A DNA stretch of 34,054 bases from Candidatus Fraserbacteria bacterium (GTDB lineage Bacteria > Bipolaricaulota > Bipolaricaulia > RBG-16-55-9), in assembly GCA_037443265.1 (NCBI GenBank), contig JBBIOR010000009.1:1-34054 (forward strand). Direction: 5' to 3'. This document shows positions 18,018-27,557 of this stretch, piece after piece. The notes under the pieces were generated by a model, which worked only from the letters and a program-made list of their open reading frames with translations, did not search any database and had not been told where the DNA came from. Position numbers and translations under genes: made by a program. The stretch's first letter is position 1, and each line of letters starts with the position of its first letter.

Positions 18018-20807
18018 ATGGCGTCTTGGCGAGGCATCCTGGCGGGTCTCTTCTTGGCTTCTCTGCTAACAGCGGTGGGCACAGCCCAGATCACCCCACC
18101 CTATGAGTGGAAGATGATGGAGACCGAACACTTTCGGATCATCTTCCATCCCGAAGTCGAGGGTCTGGCGTATGAAGCGGCGGAAGCCGCCGAGGAGGCC
18201 TATCAACTCTGGGCTAGAGAACTCAACACCACCCCACCCCCCAAGACCGACATCGTGGTGATCGACTTTGATGACTCTCCCAACGGCTTCGCAGATATCT
18301 TTAATCTGCACAGCTGGGAGTTCGCCTCACAGACGCAATTCAGCGTCTTCTTCGGTGGACGCGTCCCCTCAAACATGGCCGACACCGTCTATCACGAGTA
18401 TTGGCATATTGTGGATATTGACCAGACCAGCGGCCCCTCTCAGCTTCTGCGAAAGCTCTTCGGGCGCATCATCCTGCCTAATGATATTAAGCCGCAGTTC
18501 GACGTCGAGGGCTCGGCCACGTATGCAGAGTATTTAAAATACGGCTACTCGCGGGCCAACTTTGCCCTTTCGGCCATGTACCTGCGCCAGATGGCTCTAG
18601 ATAATAAATTCCCGGCCCTCGATCGGGCCGCGACCTCCTTTACGAACATGGGCTGGCCCACGTTGGGCACCCTGTGGTACTTGCTGGGTTCGTGGTTCAT
18701 GCGCTATCTCGAAGAGGAGTACGGGCGGGGCCTCATGGCCAAGCTCAATGAGCTGAATGCCCAAAACTGGCTCGCCACGCTCTCGAATCTTCTGGCAGAC
18801 TTAATGGCCGATCGCTATGGGATTGCTCTTTACATCGGCCCTGATTTCGGGCAGATCATGAGCCAAGCCACCGGCGTGCCCCTCGCAGAGCTTTATGAGG
18901 GCTTTCAGCAATGGCTCAAAACCCAAGCCCTAGAGCATCTTAAGCGAGTGGAAAGTGAAGGAATCACTACAAGCGTTAAGCTCACCTCGCTGGGGTATTT
19001 CACAAGCCAGCCCAAGTGGTCTCCCGACGGGAGCTGGATCGCTTATGAACACAGCTCGCCGCTGCGCTTGGGAGGAATCCGGCTCATTCGGCCTGATGGC
19101 ACCGACGAGCACTCTCTCGTAGACGCAACTCTCATCTTCGACGGCGCCTTCAGCTGGTCTGCCGATGCAAAGAAGCTCATCTACTCCAGTTATGATCAAT
19201 TCGGGCCCTATTTCAACTTCAACGATCTCTATCTCTATGACCTGGACACGCGGCAGACCCGGCGCTTGACCTGGGGAGCACGGGCCTACAACCCCGTATT
19301 TACCCCCGACGGGAAGGGCATCCTGTTTGGCCAGCAAGGGCCGGGAGACCGCACACAGCTGGCCCAGCTCGATCTAGCCAAAGGGACAATCCAGACGGTC
19401 AAGGAATTTCCGGCGGACACGTTCTTGGATTTCTTCGCGCTCTCGCCGGATGGCCAGCAGCTGGCCCTCTCGCTCTGGAAGCGTCCGGGCTTCTCAGATC
19501 TTTACATTATGCCTGCAGCCGGAGGCGAGCTGAGGGCCCTCACCCAAGATCGCCCTGAAGATTTCCGGCCCAGCTGGTCGCCCGACGGACAATATATTCT
19601 CTTCGACTCTATTCGTGATGAGACCTTCAACGTCTATGCGGTGCGCCTCTCCGACAGGAAATTCTTTCGGGTGACCAACGTCGTCTCTGGAGCCTTTTCG
19701 CCCTCGGTCTCACCCGATGGAAAGAAGATCGCCTTCTCCGGCTACGGCAGCGAAGGCTATGATATTTATCTTATGGACTATGACCCCACCCGCTGGAAGC
19801 CGGTCGTATTTACCCCAGAGACGATCCCGGCCCCTCCGGGGTTCCCCAAGCTCAATTACCCCATCAAGCCGTACAACCCGTTGGTGACGATGCTCCCTAA
19901 ATACTGGCAGCCCCTGCTCAGAGAGACCCAAGCCGGAGCTAGGACATCTGCCTGGGATGCACTCTATCGCCACTACTATGAGATCGAAGCTGGCTACGAC
20001 TGGCAGGCGGGCAGGCCCTTCGGCTCCCTCTCGTACATCAACGAGGAGCATCTGGCCCCGGTGAGGCTCACGCTGAGCGCGGGCCTGGTGCCTGGCGGGA
20101 ACTGGCAGGGCCTCTCGCTGGAATATTCTCCGATCGAGCAGCTCTTCCTCTCTCATACGCTCTCGCTCAGTCTGGAGCGCTCGATGTTTGCAGGCCCGCA
20201 GTATGCTCTTTCCGGCGGCTGGGAGTATGTTCAGCGCTTCGGACGCGATCTCTACTGGAACGATCTCCGCGCATCTTTGAGCGGCTCACTCAGCTATGAT
20301 GTGGCTTCGCACACGTGGAACCGCGAGGCCGTCTTAGACGTAAGAGACTACGCGCACCTACCCGTGATAGATCTTAAGGGGCCGCATCAAGTGGCCACGC
20401 GTCTGGCTCTGGGCTTAAGCGATGTGGCCGAGAATTTCTCGCTGGGCGGAACCCGCGGAGCTTTTATGATTCGCGGGCAGCCTCGGGGCATTCTTCGGGG
20501 CAGCCAGATCCTCACCGGTGGCTTGGAGTATCGCTTTCCCCTTCTCGCGATCGAGAGGGGACTCGGACTTAGACCGTTGTTCCTCGATGATCTGCGGGGA
20601 GCTATCTTCATCGAAGCGGGAGTTGCCGGCGAGCGGATCTTGGAGCTTGCTGCCCTGCCGAGCGGGCTTAAGATCGGCTATGGAGCGGAGCTACAAGTGC
20701 TTTTTACTACGGGCTTTACGGGGCGAAGGGCCATCCGCTTGGGCGTGGCCTATGGGATAGGGCAAAAGGAGCCCGTGTTCTACTTCGGCTTCGGATCATC
20801 CTTCTAG
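18018..20807 (+). CDS. Secreted protein: gluzincin-like domain, PD40/TolB propeller and Omp85-type barrel
   Basis: AAGGAGG RBS, signal peptide, HEYWH...EG, repeated (W/F/L)SPDG, MIRG...LEYRFPL, C-terminal FYFGFGSSF. Confidence 0.85.
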   Translation: MASWRGILAGLFLASLLTAVGTAQITPPYEWKMMETEHFRIIFHPEVEGLAYEAAEAAEEAYQLWARELNTTPPPKTDIVVIDFDDSPNGFADIFNLHSWEFASQTQFSVFFGGRVPSNMADTVYHEYWHIVDIDQTSGPSQLLRKLFGRIILPNDIKPQFDVEGSATYAEYLKYGYSRANFALSAMYLRQMALDNKFPALDRAATSFTNMGWPTLGTLWYLLGSWFMRYLEEEYGRGLMAKLNELNAQNWLATLSNLLADLMADRYGIALYIGPDFGQIMSQATGVPLAELYEGFQQWLKTQALEHLKRVESEGITTSVKLTSLGYFTSQPKWSPDGSWIAYEHSSPLRLGGIRLIRPDGTDEHSLVDATLIFDGAFSWSADAKKLIYSSYDQFGPYFNFNDLYLYDLDTRQTRRLTWGARAYNPVFTPDGKGILFGQQGPGDRTQLAQLDLAKGTIQTVKEFPADTFLDFFALSPDGQQLALSLWKRPGFSDLYIMPAAGGELRALTQDRPEDFRPSWSPDGQYILFDSIRDETFNVYAVRLSDRKFFRVTNVVSGAFSPSVSPDGKKIAFSGYGSEGYDIYLMDYDPTRWKPVVFTPETIPAPPGFPKLNYPIKPYNPLVTMLPKYWQPLLRETQAGARTSAWDALYRHYYEIEAGYDWQAGRPFGSLSYINEEHLAPVRLTLSAGLVPGGNWQGLSLEYSPIEQLFLSHTLSLSLERSMFAGPQYALSGGWEYVQRFGRDLYWNDLRASLSGSLSYDVASHTWNREAVLDVRDYAHLPVIDLKGPHQVATRLALGLSDVAENFSLGGTRGAFMIRGQPRGILRGSQILTGGLEYRFPLLAIERGLGLRPLFLDDLRGAIFIEAGVAGERILELAALPSGLKIGYGAELQVLFTTGFTGRRAIRLGVAYGIGQKEPVFYFGFGSSF

Positions 20808-20834
20808 AATCGCACTCTAGCATAGCGGGGCTAG

Positions 20835-21463
20835 CAGATCGAACAGCAGCTTGGCAAGCCCTTGGGAGTCTCCGGGGTCGTCGCTATCCGAGACTTTGTG
20901 GAATCGAGAGAATCGCGCTTCTGCGGCTGGGATGCGACGCTGGCGCTCGGCTATACGGTGATCAGTCCCGCGGGTGAAACCAACGCGCTCGCGCGGGTGG
21001 CCGCGAACTTCGCCACGCCTCCCGACGCGGTGAGCCAAGTGCTGGCACAAGCGCGGCTCTATGTCCCCCTGCCCTTCAAAAGAGCAACGGGGCCAGCCAG
21101 CGCGAGCTTGGGGGAATCTCGACGAGAAAGTCCGAAGAAGTCACACTCGGCTTAGGTAGATCTGTCACCCTTGCGGAATTGGGGCCCTCTACCACAGCAA
21201 TCTTTGATTGGGAGTTAGGGACCAAGATTCCCATCGCCTCTTTGACTGACTTAGCGAAGGGAGGGAACGGTCTTCCTTTCGATGGGTTTGCAAGGTTCAG
21301 CCTTCGCACCATGCAGAGCACCGATATAGCAATTCTCCCCGGCATTCACTTCAACGGAATCGGCCTGGGACTCATGACGCTCGTCACCCTAGGCGATAAG
21401 GGTGTTGACATAAGCTTCCCCCTGCCCGCTCTTTACCTCGCATTCACCATCGAAATGAAATGA
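20835..21463 (+). pseudogene. 5'-truncated, frameshifted remnant of a beta-strand-rich protein
   Basis: ORFs 20862-21155 and 21179-21463 join if one G is added to the G-run at 21110-21114 (ASLG|GISTRKSEEVTLGLG); in-frame TAG at 20832 and no SD or ATG. Confidence 0.5.
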
Positions 21464-21513
21464 GGAGTTAAACTCGAAAGACAATTCACCCAAGGAGGCA
21501 CAGAAGCGATGCC

Positions 21514-22095
21514 CTATCTAATAAGATCGATAACTGTAGTCACTATCAATTGCTCTTTCGCTCGGTTGATGCGCGTCCCCACCGTGGTCTCGGTGATGGG
21601 ATCGCCTTCCAGCTCACTGAGAATCTGCGCGATCTGTGCGTAATCTAAGTCGGCATAGAAGCGCAAGACCAGCGGACGCCGATACTTCTCGTCCAGGTGC
21701 GCCAGAGCCTTCTGAACAGCTTCACAGCGCAAGTCCTGCTGCACTCTGGACTCCACGAGATTTGTGCGCCAGCGCGAAAGCTCTGAGATCTTCCAGCGAG
21801 AGAGCCATGCCAATCTGCTGCGCTCGCGGCGCAGCTTGTCCTTGCAGATGTTCGCAGCCATCGTCAGGAGCCAACTGCGCGCGTTGCCAGCGGGGTTCAG
21901 CTCAGCGCAGCGAGAAAAGACTCTTAGAAAGGTCTCTTCAGCAGCGTCGAGAGCATCGTGCTCATCGTGCAATATAGCCACGCACACGCCGATCACCTCA
22001 TGCTTAAAAGCTTCGTAAAACTCTGCCCACGCCATGCGATCGCCCTCGCGAACCCGCCGGAGCAGCTCGGTCATATCGCTGGTCACTCTATTCAT
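21514..22095 (-). CDS. ECF sigma-70 factor
   Basis: Region 2 DALDAAEETFLRVF...SWLLTMAANICKD and region 4 LRFYADLDYAQIA...TVGTRINRAK. Confidence 0.9.
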   Translation of the reverse strand: MNRVTSDMTELLRRVREGDRMAWAEFYEAFKHEVIGVCVAILHDEHDALDAAEETFLRVFSRCAELNPAGNARSWLLTMAANICKDKLRRERSRLAWLSRWKISELSRWRTNLVESRVQQDLRCEAVQKALAHLDEKYRRPLVLRFYADLDYAQIAQILSELEGDPITETTVGTRINRAKEQLIVTTVIDLIR

Positions 22096-22324
22096 ACGCA
22101 CGACACCCGAAAAACTTCCCAACTCTTAAAGAACGCTGATAGCTCGATGATAATAAAGAGACACCCTTTCAAGGGATCACGCTTCCAGGGAGAATCGGCA
22201 GACATTGGTCCCGTTTCTGGCCCTTGGCACGCTGGACAGTGTGGTGGTAAGAGAGAGACAGAGGAGGGATTTCCATGCACCGCGGGTTGATCTTAGCCGT
22301 AGCAGCCTTGCAGTGTGCTCGCCT

Positions 22325-23071
22325 CTAGAATCTGCGGCGCCGGAGCCGCCACCAGTAGAAAGCCAGCTCATCCCGCACCCTCTCAAAGACTGTCGGCGGT
22401 CTCATAGGACGACGCGCAAAATACTCATAACGCACCAGCCTGCGCTTGGTGTACCCATACGCCACCCCCACCCCCGAGAGCGCAAAGAACGCCAGCCAGC
22501 CATTGCCATGCCCCATGGCAAACAGAAAATACGTGAGCGCCACGGTCACCCACATCAAGTGACGGCCCTTGATGGGCAGCACAAAGCCCAAAAGCACAAT
22601 CTGCTCCGGATTCAAAAGGCACCAGGCTACAGTCAGCCCTGCCAGCGGCATCCACAGCCCACTCAAATAGACAAGACTCCCCAGTCCCACAAGCGGCAGC
22701 AGCGCACTGCCGACCCAAAGCCCCAGCGACGTCGCCAGCCCCACCCCAAAGAAGAAGTGAAAGAACGTCCGGCTGCCCCAGGAGCGCTCCAGAGTCCCGC
22801 CTACGATCCACAGCCAGTAGCCGGAAAATATGAGGCTCAGCGGATCGTACGTCACCAGAGCATAGCTTAGGAACGTCCAGGGCCTCTGCCAGGGCACAAC
22901 ATTCGAGAACACAAGCCATCCCCAAGGATTACCCGCTCCGACGAAATATACAGCCATAAAAAAGACAAGAAACGTGAGCAGGTTGATGGCGATGAGCGTG
23001 CGCGTGACCGGTTCTTCGCTTCTCCACAAAAATGCGCGCAGCCGCCGCCACTGATATGATATCTCTTCCAT
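22325..23071 (-). CDS. Rhomboid-superfamily membrane protein (probably catalytically inactive)
   Basis: VTRTLIAIN, QRPWTFLSY, GGTLERSWGSRTF, LPIKGRHL; TGATG overlap with the yggS stop. Confidence 0.8.
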   Translation of the reverse strand: MEEISYQWRRLRAFLWRSEEPVTRTLIAINLLTFLVFFMAVYFVGAGNPWGWLVFSNVVPWQRPWTFLSYALVTYDPLSLIFSGYWLWIVGGTLERSWGSRTFFHFFFGVGLATSLGLWVGSALLPLVGLGSLVYLSGLWMPLAGLTVAWCLLNPEQIVLLGFVLPIKGRHLMWVTVALTYFLFAMGHGNGWLAFFALSGVGVAYGYTKRRLVRYEYFARRPMRPPTVFERVRDELAFYWWRLRRRRF

Positions 23072-23763
23072 CACTCGCTGCTCCTTAGCCCGAAGATCAC
23101 TGTGCCCAATCTTAAGAGATTCGCTCCCTCTTCCACAGCAATGAGAAAATCTTGTGACATGCCCATCGAGAGCCATTGCAATGCCCCATTTGTGCGCTTA
23201 AGCTCATCGAAAAGCTGCTTCATCAAGCGAAAATGCGGGCGCAACTCTTCTGGATGCTCGGAGTAGGGCATCATGGCCATCAGTCCCTCCACGCGCACGA
23301 ACTCCAACGAACCCATTTGATCGAGCAGCGCGGGGATCTCCTCAGGAGATAGACCCCGCTTGCTGGCCTCGCCCGCTGGATTTACTTCCAGCAAGACGGG
23401 CAAAATCTTACGGAGCTTGCCGGCTGCTTTATCGATCTCTTGTGCCAGCTTAAGCGAATCGACGGATTGAATCATATCAAAGAGCTTCACGGCCGCTTTC
23501 ACTTTGTTGAGCTGCAGCGTGCCGATCATGTGCTTCTCCAAAGATTTGGGGAGAAACTCGAACTTGCTTAAGGCCTCTTGTACGGTGTTCTCTCCGATGA
23601 GCTCTATTCCAGCAGCCACAGCCGCTAGAATCTCAGCGACGCTTCTTCCCTTGGTGGCTGCCAGGATGCGAATCTCATAAGGAGAGCGGCCGGCACGCTC
23701 CGCCGCTTGGGCGATCTTTTGGCGCAGGGCAAGAACGCGCTCAGAGATGGCTTGAGGCATCAC
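23071..23763 (-). CDS. yggS: YggS-family PLP homeostasis protein
   Basis: ILAATK, GENTVQE, HMIGTLQLNK, LSMGMSQD, LRLGTVIFG. Confidence 0.95.
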   Translation of the reverse strand: MMPQAISERVLALRQKIAQAAERAGRSPYEIRILAATKGRSVAEILAAVAAGIELIGENTVQEALSKFEFLPKSLEKHMIGTLQLNKVKAAVKLFDMIQSVDSLKLAQEIDKAAGKLRKILPVLLEVNPAGEASKRGLSPEEIPALLDQMGSLEFVRVEGLMAMMPYSEHPEELRPHFRLMKQLFDELKRTNGALQWLSMGMSQDFLIAVEEGANLLRLGTVIFGLRSSE

Positions 23764-24905
23764 TGCTTGCCCAAAAGCTGTCGCGCGATGATGAGTTTTT
23801 GGATCTCGCTTGTGCCCTCATAAAGACGAGTGATGCGGGCATCGCGATAGAGTCGCTCCACTTTATAGTCACGAATGTAGCCGTAGCCGCCGTGGATCTG
23901 CACGGCAGAATCGGCCACCTGACTGGCGATCTCCGAAGCATAGAGCTTCGCCAGCGATGATTCCAAAATATAATCTTGACCCTGGTCTTTCCTCCAAGCG
24001 GCGTAATACGTAAGAAGCCGTGCCGCCTCTACGAGCGCCTTCATCTCGGCCAACTTGAATTGAATCGCTTGAAACTCCGCCAGCAACTGCCCAAAGACTT
24101 TGCGCTCCCCGGCATATTTGAGCGACTCATCTAAAGCCGCCTGGGCGATGCCTACGGCTTGAGCCGCAATGCCGATCCTGGCCGCATCCAGGGTGAGCAT
24201 AGCAATCTTGAAGCCTCTTCCCGGCTCACCCAAGAGATTCTCTGTGGGCACCCGGCAATCTTCAAAGAACAGCTCACAAGTAGAAGTCCCGCGAATGCCC
24301 ATTTTATCTTCTTCTTTGCCCACGATGAAGCCGGGCGTATCACGCTCGAGCAGGAAGCAACTTACGCCCCCTTTGCCCGCTTGAGGGTCTGTCGAGGCAA
24401 AGACGATGAACAGTTGCGCAAAGGCCGCATTGGTGATAAAACGCTTGGTGCCATTCAAAACATATTGCTGGTTCTTCTTGATGGCTGTAGTCTTCATGGC
24501 CCCTGGATCGGAGCCGGCCTCAGGCTCCGTGAGCGCAAACGCCCCCAGCCATTCTCCGCGGGCCAATGGGGGTAAGTATCTTCTCTTCTGTGATTCGCTC
24601 CCAAACTCCACAATGGGAAATTCTACAAGAGAATTCTGAACACTTACGGCCGTGGAAGTCGAGGCACAGGCTTTAGAAAGCTCTTCCATGACGAGGACAT
24701 AGCTGAGAGTGTCTGCGCCGATGCCGCCGTATTCTTCCGGGACGACCATGCCCAGATATCCCAGCTCGCCCAATCTTTTAAGAGTCTCTAGGGGGAATTG
24801 ATGCTTCTCGTCCAGCTGGCGGGCTTGGGGTTCGAGTTCCTTCTGGGCAAAATCGCGTGCCGTGCGCCGGAAAAGCTCCTGCTCCTCCGTAAGTGAGAAG
24901 TCCAT
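23760..24905 (-). CDS. Acyl-CoA dehydrogenase (short-chain/butyryl-CoA type)
   Basis: MDFSLTEEQ, FALTEPEAGSD, NGTKRFITN, QIHGGYGY, YRDARITRLYEGTSEIQ. Confidence 0.96.
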   Translation of the reverse strand: MDFSLTEEQELFRRTARDFAQKELEPQARQLDEKHQFPLETLKRLGELGYLGMVVPEEYGGIGADTLSYVLVMEELSKACASTSTAVSVQNSLVEFPIVEFGSESQKRRYLPPLARGEWLGAFALTEPEAGSDPGAMKTTAIKKNQQYVLNGTKRFITNAAFAQLFIVFASTDPQAGKGGVSCFLLERDTPGFIVGKEEDKMGIRGTSTCELFFEDCRVPTENLLGEPGRGFKIAMLTLDAARIGIAAQAVGIAQAALDESLKYAGERKVFGQLLAEFQAIQFKLAEMKALVEAARLLTYYAAWRKDQGQDYILESSLAKLYASEIASQVADSAVQIHGGYGYIRDYKVERLYRDARITRLYEGTSEIQKLIIARQLLGKQ

Positions 24906-25061
24906 AGTAGGTGTATTTTAGTGGATGGCGGAGGAGGGGTGCAACGCCTGCTCGCTTAAGATCGCAGTCTGATGGGCACCGGCGAGAGATCACCACTTTG
25001 TCACAAGTTCGTCATACAATAATCACGGGCTTCTCATATAATAAACCAAGTGGAGGCAGAG

Positions 25062-25481
25062 ATGAATGGGATACCGGCTTGGCTGCTCATAGCACTGGGC
25101 GTGATCGTGGGGCTGGTGGTCTTGATGCCCCTTCTGTCATCTCGGCTGGCTGTAGAACCCGGAAGCAGCCCACCCGAGATTGTGGTGATTCAATTCCCTA
25201 AGGAGATCACAGCGGACGGCACTAGCGTCAGGGGACAGGTGCGCTTTCGCGATCCTGATGGGGACATAGTGCGCGTGGAGTTCGCAGTAGTGGAGGCCTT
25301 GGTGTTTGCCCCCTTTGCCTACGATCCGGGCGTGGCAGGGCTCGTCGAAGGAGAGTTTGAATTTGGGATTTACACCGTCATTCCTCAGGAGATTGTGCTT
25401 CGAGCGACCCTGATCGATGCCCAAGGCCAACGTAGCCAGCCTGCGGAGTTTCGGTTCATTGCGCGCGAGCCCGAGGAGTAG
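25062..25481 (+). CDS. Membrane-anchored beta-sandwich hypothetical protein
   Basis: GGAGG RBS, N-terminal TM helix, beta-rich domain (FRDPDGDIV...LRATLIDAQGQRSQP). Confidence 0.75.
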   Translation: MNGIPAWLLIALGVIVGLVVLMPLLSSRLAVEPGSSPPEIVVIQFPKEITADGTSVRGQVRFRDPDGDIVRVEFAVVEALVFAPFAYDPGVAGLVEGEFEFGIYTVIPQEIVLRATLIDAQGQRSQPAEFRFIAREPEE

Positions 25482-25497
25482 CGCACCCCGCAAGGAA

Positions 25498-26865
25498 TTA
25501 AGAGAGCGGCAGAGTAAAATGGAAGCACGCGCCGCCATCGGGCGAATTCTCGGCCCAAATGCTCCCTCCATGGGCCTCAACTAAAGCTTTGGCGATGGCC
25601 AGCCCCAAGCCGGAGCCGCCGCTCGCTCGAGCCCGAGATTTGTCCGCCCGATAGAAGCGATCAAATATATGCCTCAGATCCTCCTCGGAGAGCCCCGGCC
25701 CGCTGTCGCAGACGCTGATCTGAACGTGCCGGCGATCAGCGCTTAACGACGCTGTGACGCGCATCGTCCCGCCGGAGGGGGTGTAGCGCATCGCGTTGCT
25801 CAATAGATTTAGAAGGACTTGCTCAATGCGCTGCACGTCTGCTGGAAAGGCCGGCAGATCCGGGGAGAGTTCGATGCTCAAGTGGATCTTTTGGTCTTCC
25901 AGGTGAGCCCCGATGGTAGTCTCAATGTGGTACAGCAGCTTGGAAAGATCGCAGGATGTCTTCTGAATGGAGAGTTGTCCTGCGTCGGCCAGCGCCAATT
26001 GATGCAGATCGTCCACGAGTCGGCTGATCAAGAGGGTCTTAGTATGGAGCCCTGCAAAGCTTTCGCCCGTAGGGGGCAAGACGCCGTCCATGAGGCCCTC
26101 CAGCCCGGCGCGCACGATGCTGATCGGGGTGCGCAGCTCATGAGCGATATCGGCAATCAGGCTGCGCTTCACTTGCTCTGTTTTTTCTAAACTGGAGGCC
26201 ATCTCATTGAAAGATCTTGCCACGTGGCCAAACTCGTCATCGCTTAGGATCGTCACCCGATGGCTGAGATCGCCTTGACGGATCTTCTGGGCGGCTTCCT
26301 CGAGGGCTCGCAGTGGCGCGGTGGTCTGGCGCAACAAGAAGAAGGCGAGTAAGAGAGCGAGGCCCCCGGCGGCGATGCCCGTCAGCCAGAGAGCCCCGCG
26401 GACCGATCCAATGAACTCCTCTTCCAAGGGGTTGCGCGCGTGCAGGGGGTGCAGAGCGATGAGGGTGCCGACCGGCTGACCGCCGACTTCGATGGGAGCC
26501 GTTAAACTCAGTTCCGAGGGGGGAATTCCAAGGGCAAGGACATCTTGTCCCACCCAGCTCTCATGGGGCGCAAGGATGATCTTGCCGTCCGGGTCCGTCA
26601 AGATGAAGGACAGGGGCAGCCGACCGGGCCCAGCCCGCCGACGAAACTCCAAGCCGTCCCAGCTCCCATTACGCCTGTAATAGTCCGCAAGCACTTGCGA
26701 GAACTCATTGACTTGCCGGTAGACGCTGCGCACCGCGAAGTCTTCAAAGGCCTGATTGATGGCCCGATTGATCAGAAAATATCCCAGGCCCGTCGTCAGC
26801 AGGATGATGATGCCGAACGAGATGAGCAGCTTGGCCGGAAAGGATAGCCGACGGATGAGGGTCAT
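25498..26865 (-). CDS. HAMP sensor histidine kinase (BaeS-like)
   Basis: Two TMs, HAMP (DEFGHVARSFNEM), AHELRTP, NLLSNAMRY, FYRADKSR, GSGLGLAI. Confidence 0.95.
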   Translation of the reverse strand: MTLIRRLSFPAKLLISFGIIILLTTGLGYFLINRAINQAFEDFAVRSVYRQVNEFSQVLADYYRRNGSWDGLEFRRRAGPGRLPLSFILTDPDGKIILAPHESWVGQDVLALGIPPSELSLTAPIEVGGQPVGTLIALHPLHARNPLEEEFIGSVRGALWLTGIAAGGLALLLAFFLLRQTTAPLRALEEAAQKIRQGDLSHRVTILSDDEFGHVARSFNEMASSLEKTEQVKRSLIADIAHELRTPISIVRAGLEGLMDGVLPPTGESFAGLHTKTLLISRLVDDLHQLALADAGQLSIQKTSCDLSKLLYHIETTIGAHLEDQKIHLSIELSPDLPAFPADVQRIEQVLLNLLSNAMRYTPSGGTMRVTASLSADRRHVQISVCDSGPGLSEEDLRHIFDRFYRADKSRARASGGSGLGLAIAKALVEAHGGSIWAENSPDGGACFHFTLPLS

Positions 26866-27557
26866 TCTGGGTCGCCCTGGGCTTCGAACTTATAGCCGAC
26901 CCCGTAGACAGTGATAATATAACGGGGCTGCTTGGGATCCGACTCGATCTTCTGGCGGAGCCTCTTGATGTGGGCGTCAATGGATCGCTCGAAGCTCTCA
27001 TAGGCGACGCCCCGCACGGCTTCCAGCAGCTGGAGACGGGTGAAGACCCGGCCCGGATGCTGCATCATGAACGCCAAAAGATCGAACTCCATCGGGGTAA
27101 GCTCCACAGGGTGTTCTTCCATCCAGGCCCTCCGTCCGGCCAGATCCAGTCGAATCCCCCCGGCTTCGAGGATCTCGGGTCGAGGCAGGCCCTGCTCCGC
27201 CCGCCGCAGGACCGCCCGCACCCGCGAGACCAACTCCCGTGCGCTGAAGGGTTTTACGACATAGTCATCGGCTCCCAGCTCCAAGCCCGCTACTCGATCC
27301 GCTTCCTCGGTGCGGGCCGTCAGCATAATGATGGGCACATCCGACTTCTTGCGAATGCGTCGGGCCACCTCGAGCCCATCGACGGCGGGCAGCATCAAGT
27401 CCAGAATCACCAGTGCCGGCCGATAGACTTCAAATTGCACCAGGGCCTCGCTCCCATCCGAAGCCGTCGCGACGCGAAAGCCCGCCTGCTCCAGATAGCT
27501 CTGCACCAAGCGGACTACCCATTCCTCATCGTCGATGACCAAGATGCGCTTGCTCAT
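26862..27557 (-). CDS. OmpR-family response regulator (BaeR-like)
   Basis: ILVIDDE, LDLMLP, GADDYVVKPF, RSIDAHIKRLRQK, TVYGVGY. Confidence 0.96.
   Translation of the reverse strand: MSKRILVIDDEEWVVRLVQSYLEQAGFRVATASDGSEALVQFEVYRPALVILDLMLPAVDGLEVARRIRKKSDVPIIMLTARTEEADRVAGLELGADDYVVKPFSARELVSRVRAVLRRAEQGLPRPEILEAGGIRLDLAGRRAWMEEHPVELTPMEFDLLAFMMQHPGRVFTRLQLLEAVRGVAYESFERSIDAHIKRLRQKIESDPKQPRYIITVYGVGYKFEAQGDPE

Noticed and set aside
22205..22870. 221-aa plus-strand ORF and other long antisense ORFs
   Set aside because: Shadow frames of well-supported opposite-strand genes in GC-rich DNA.
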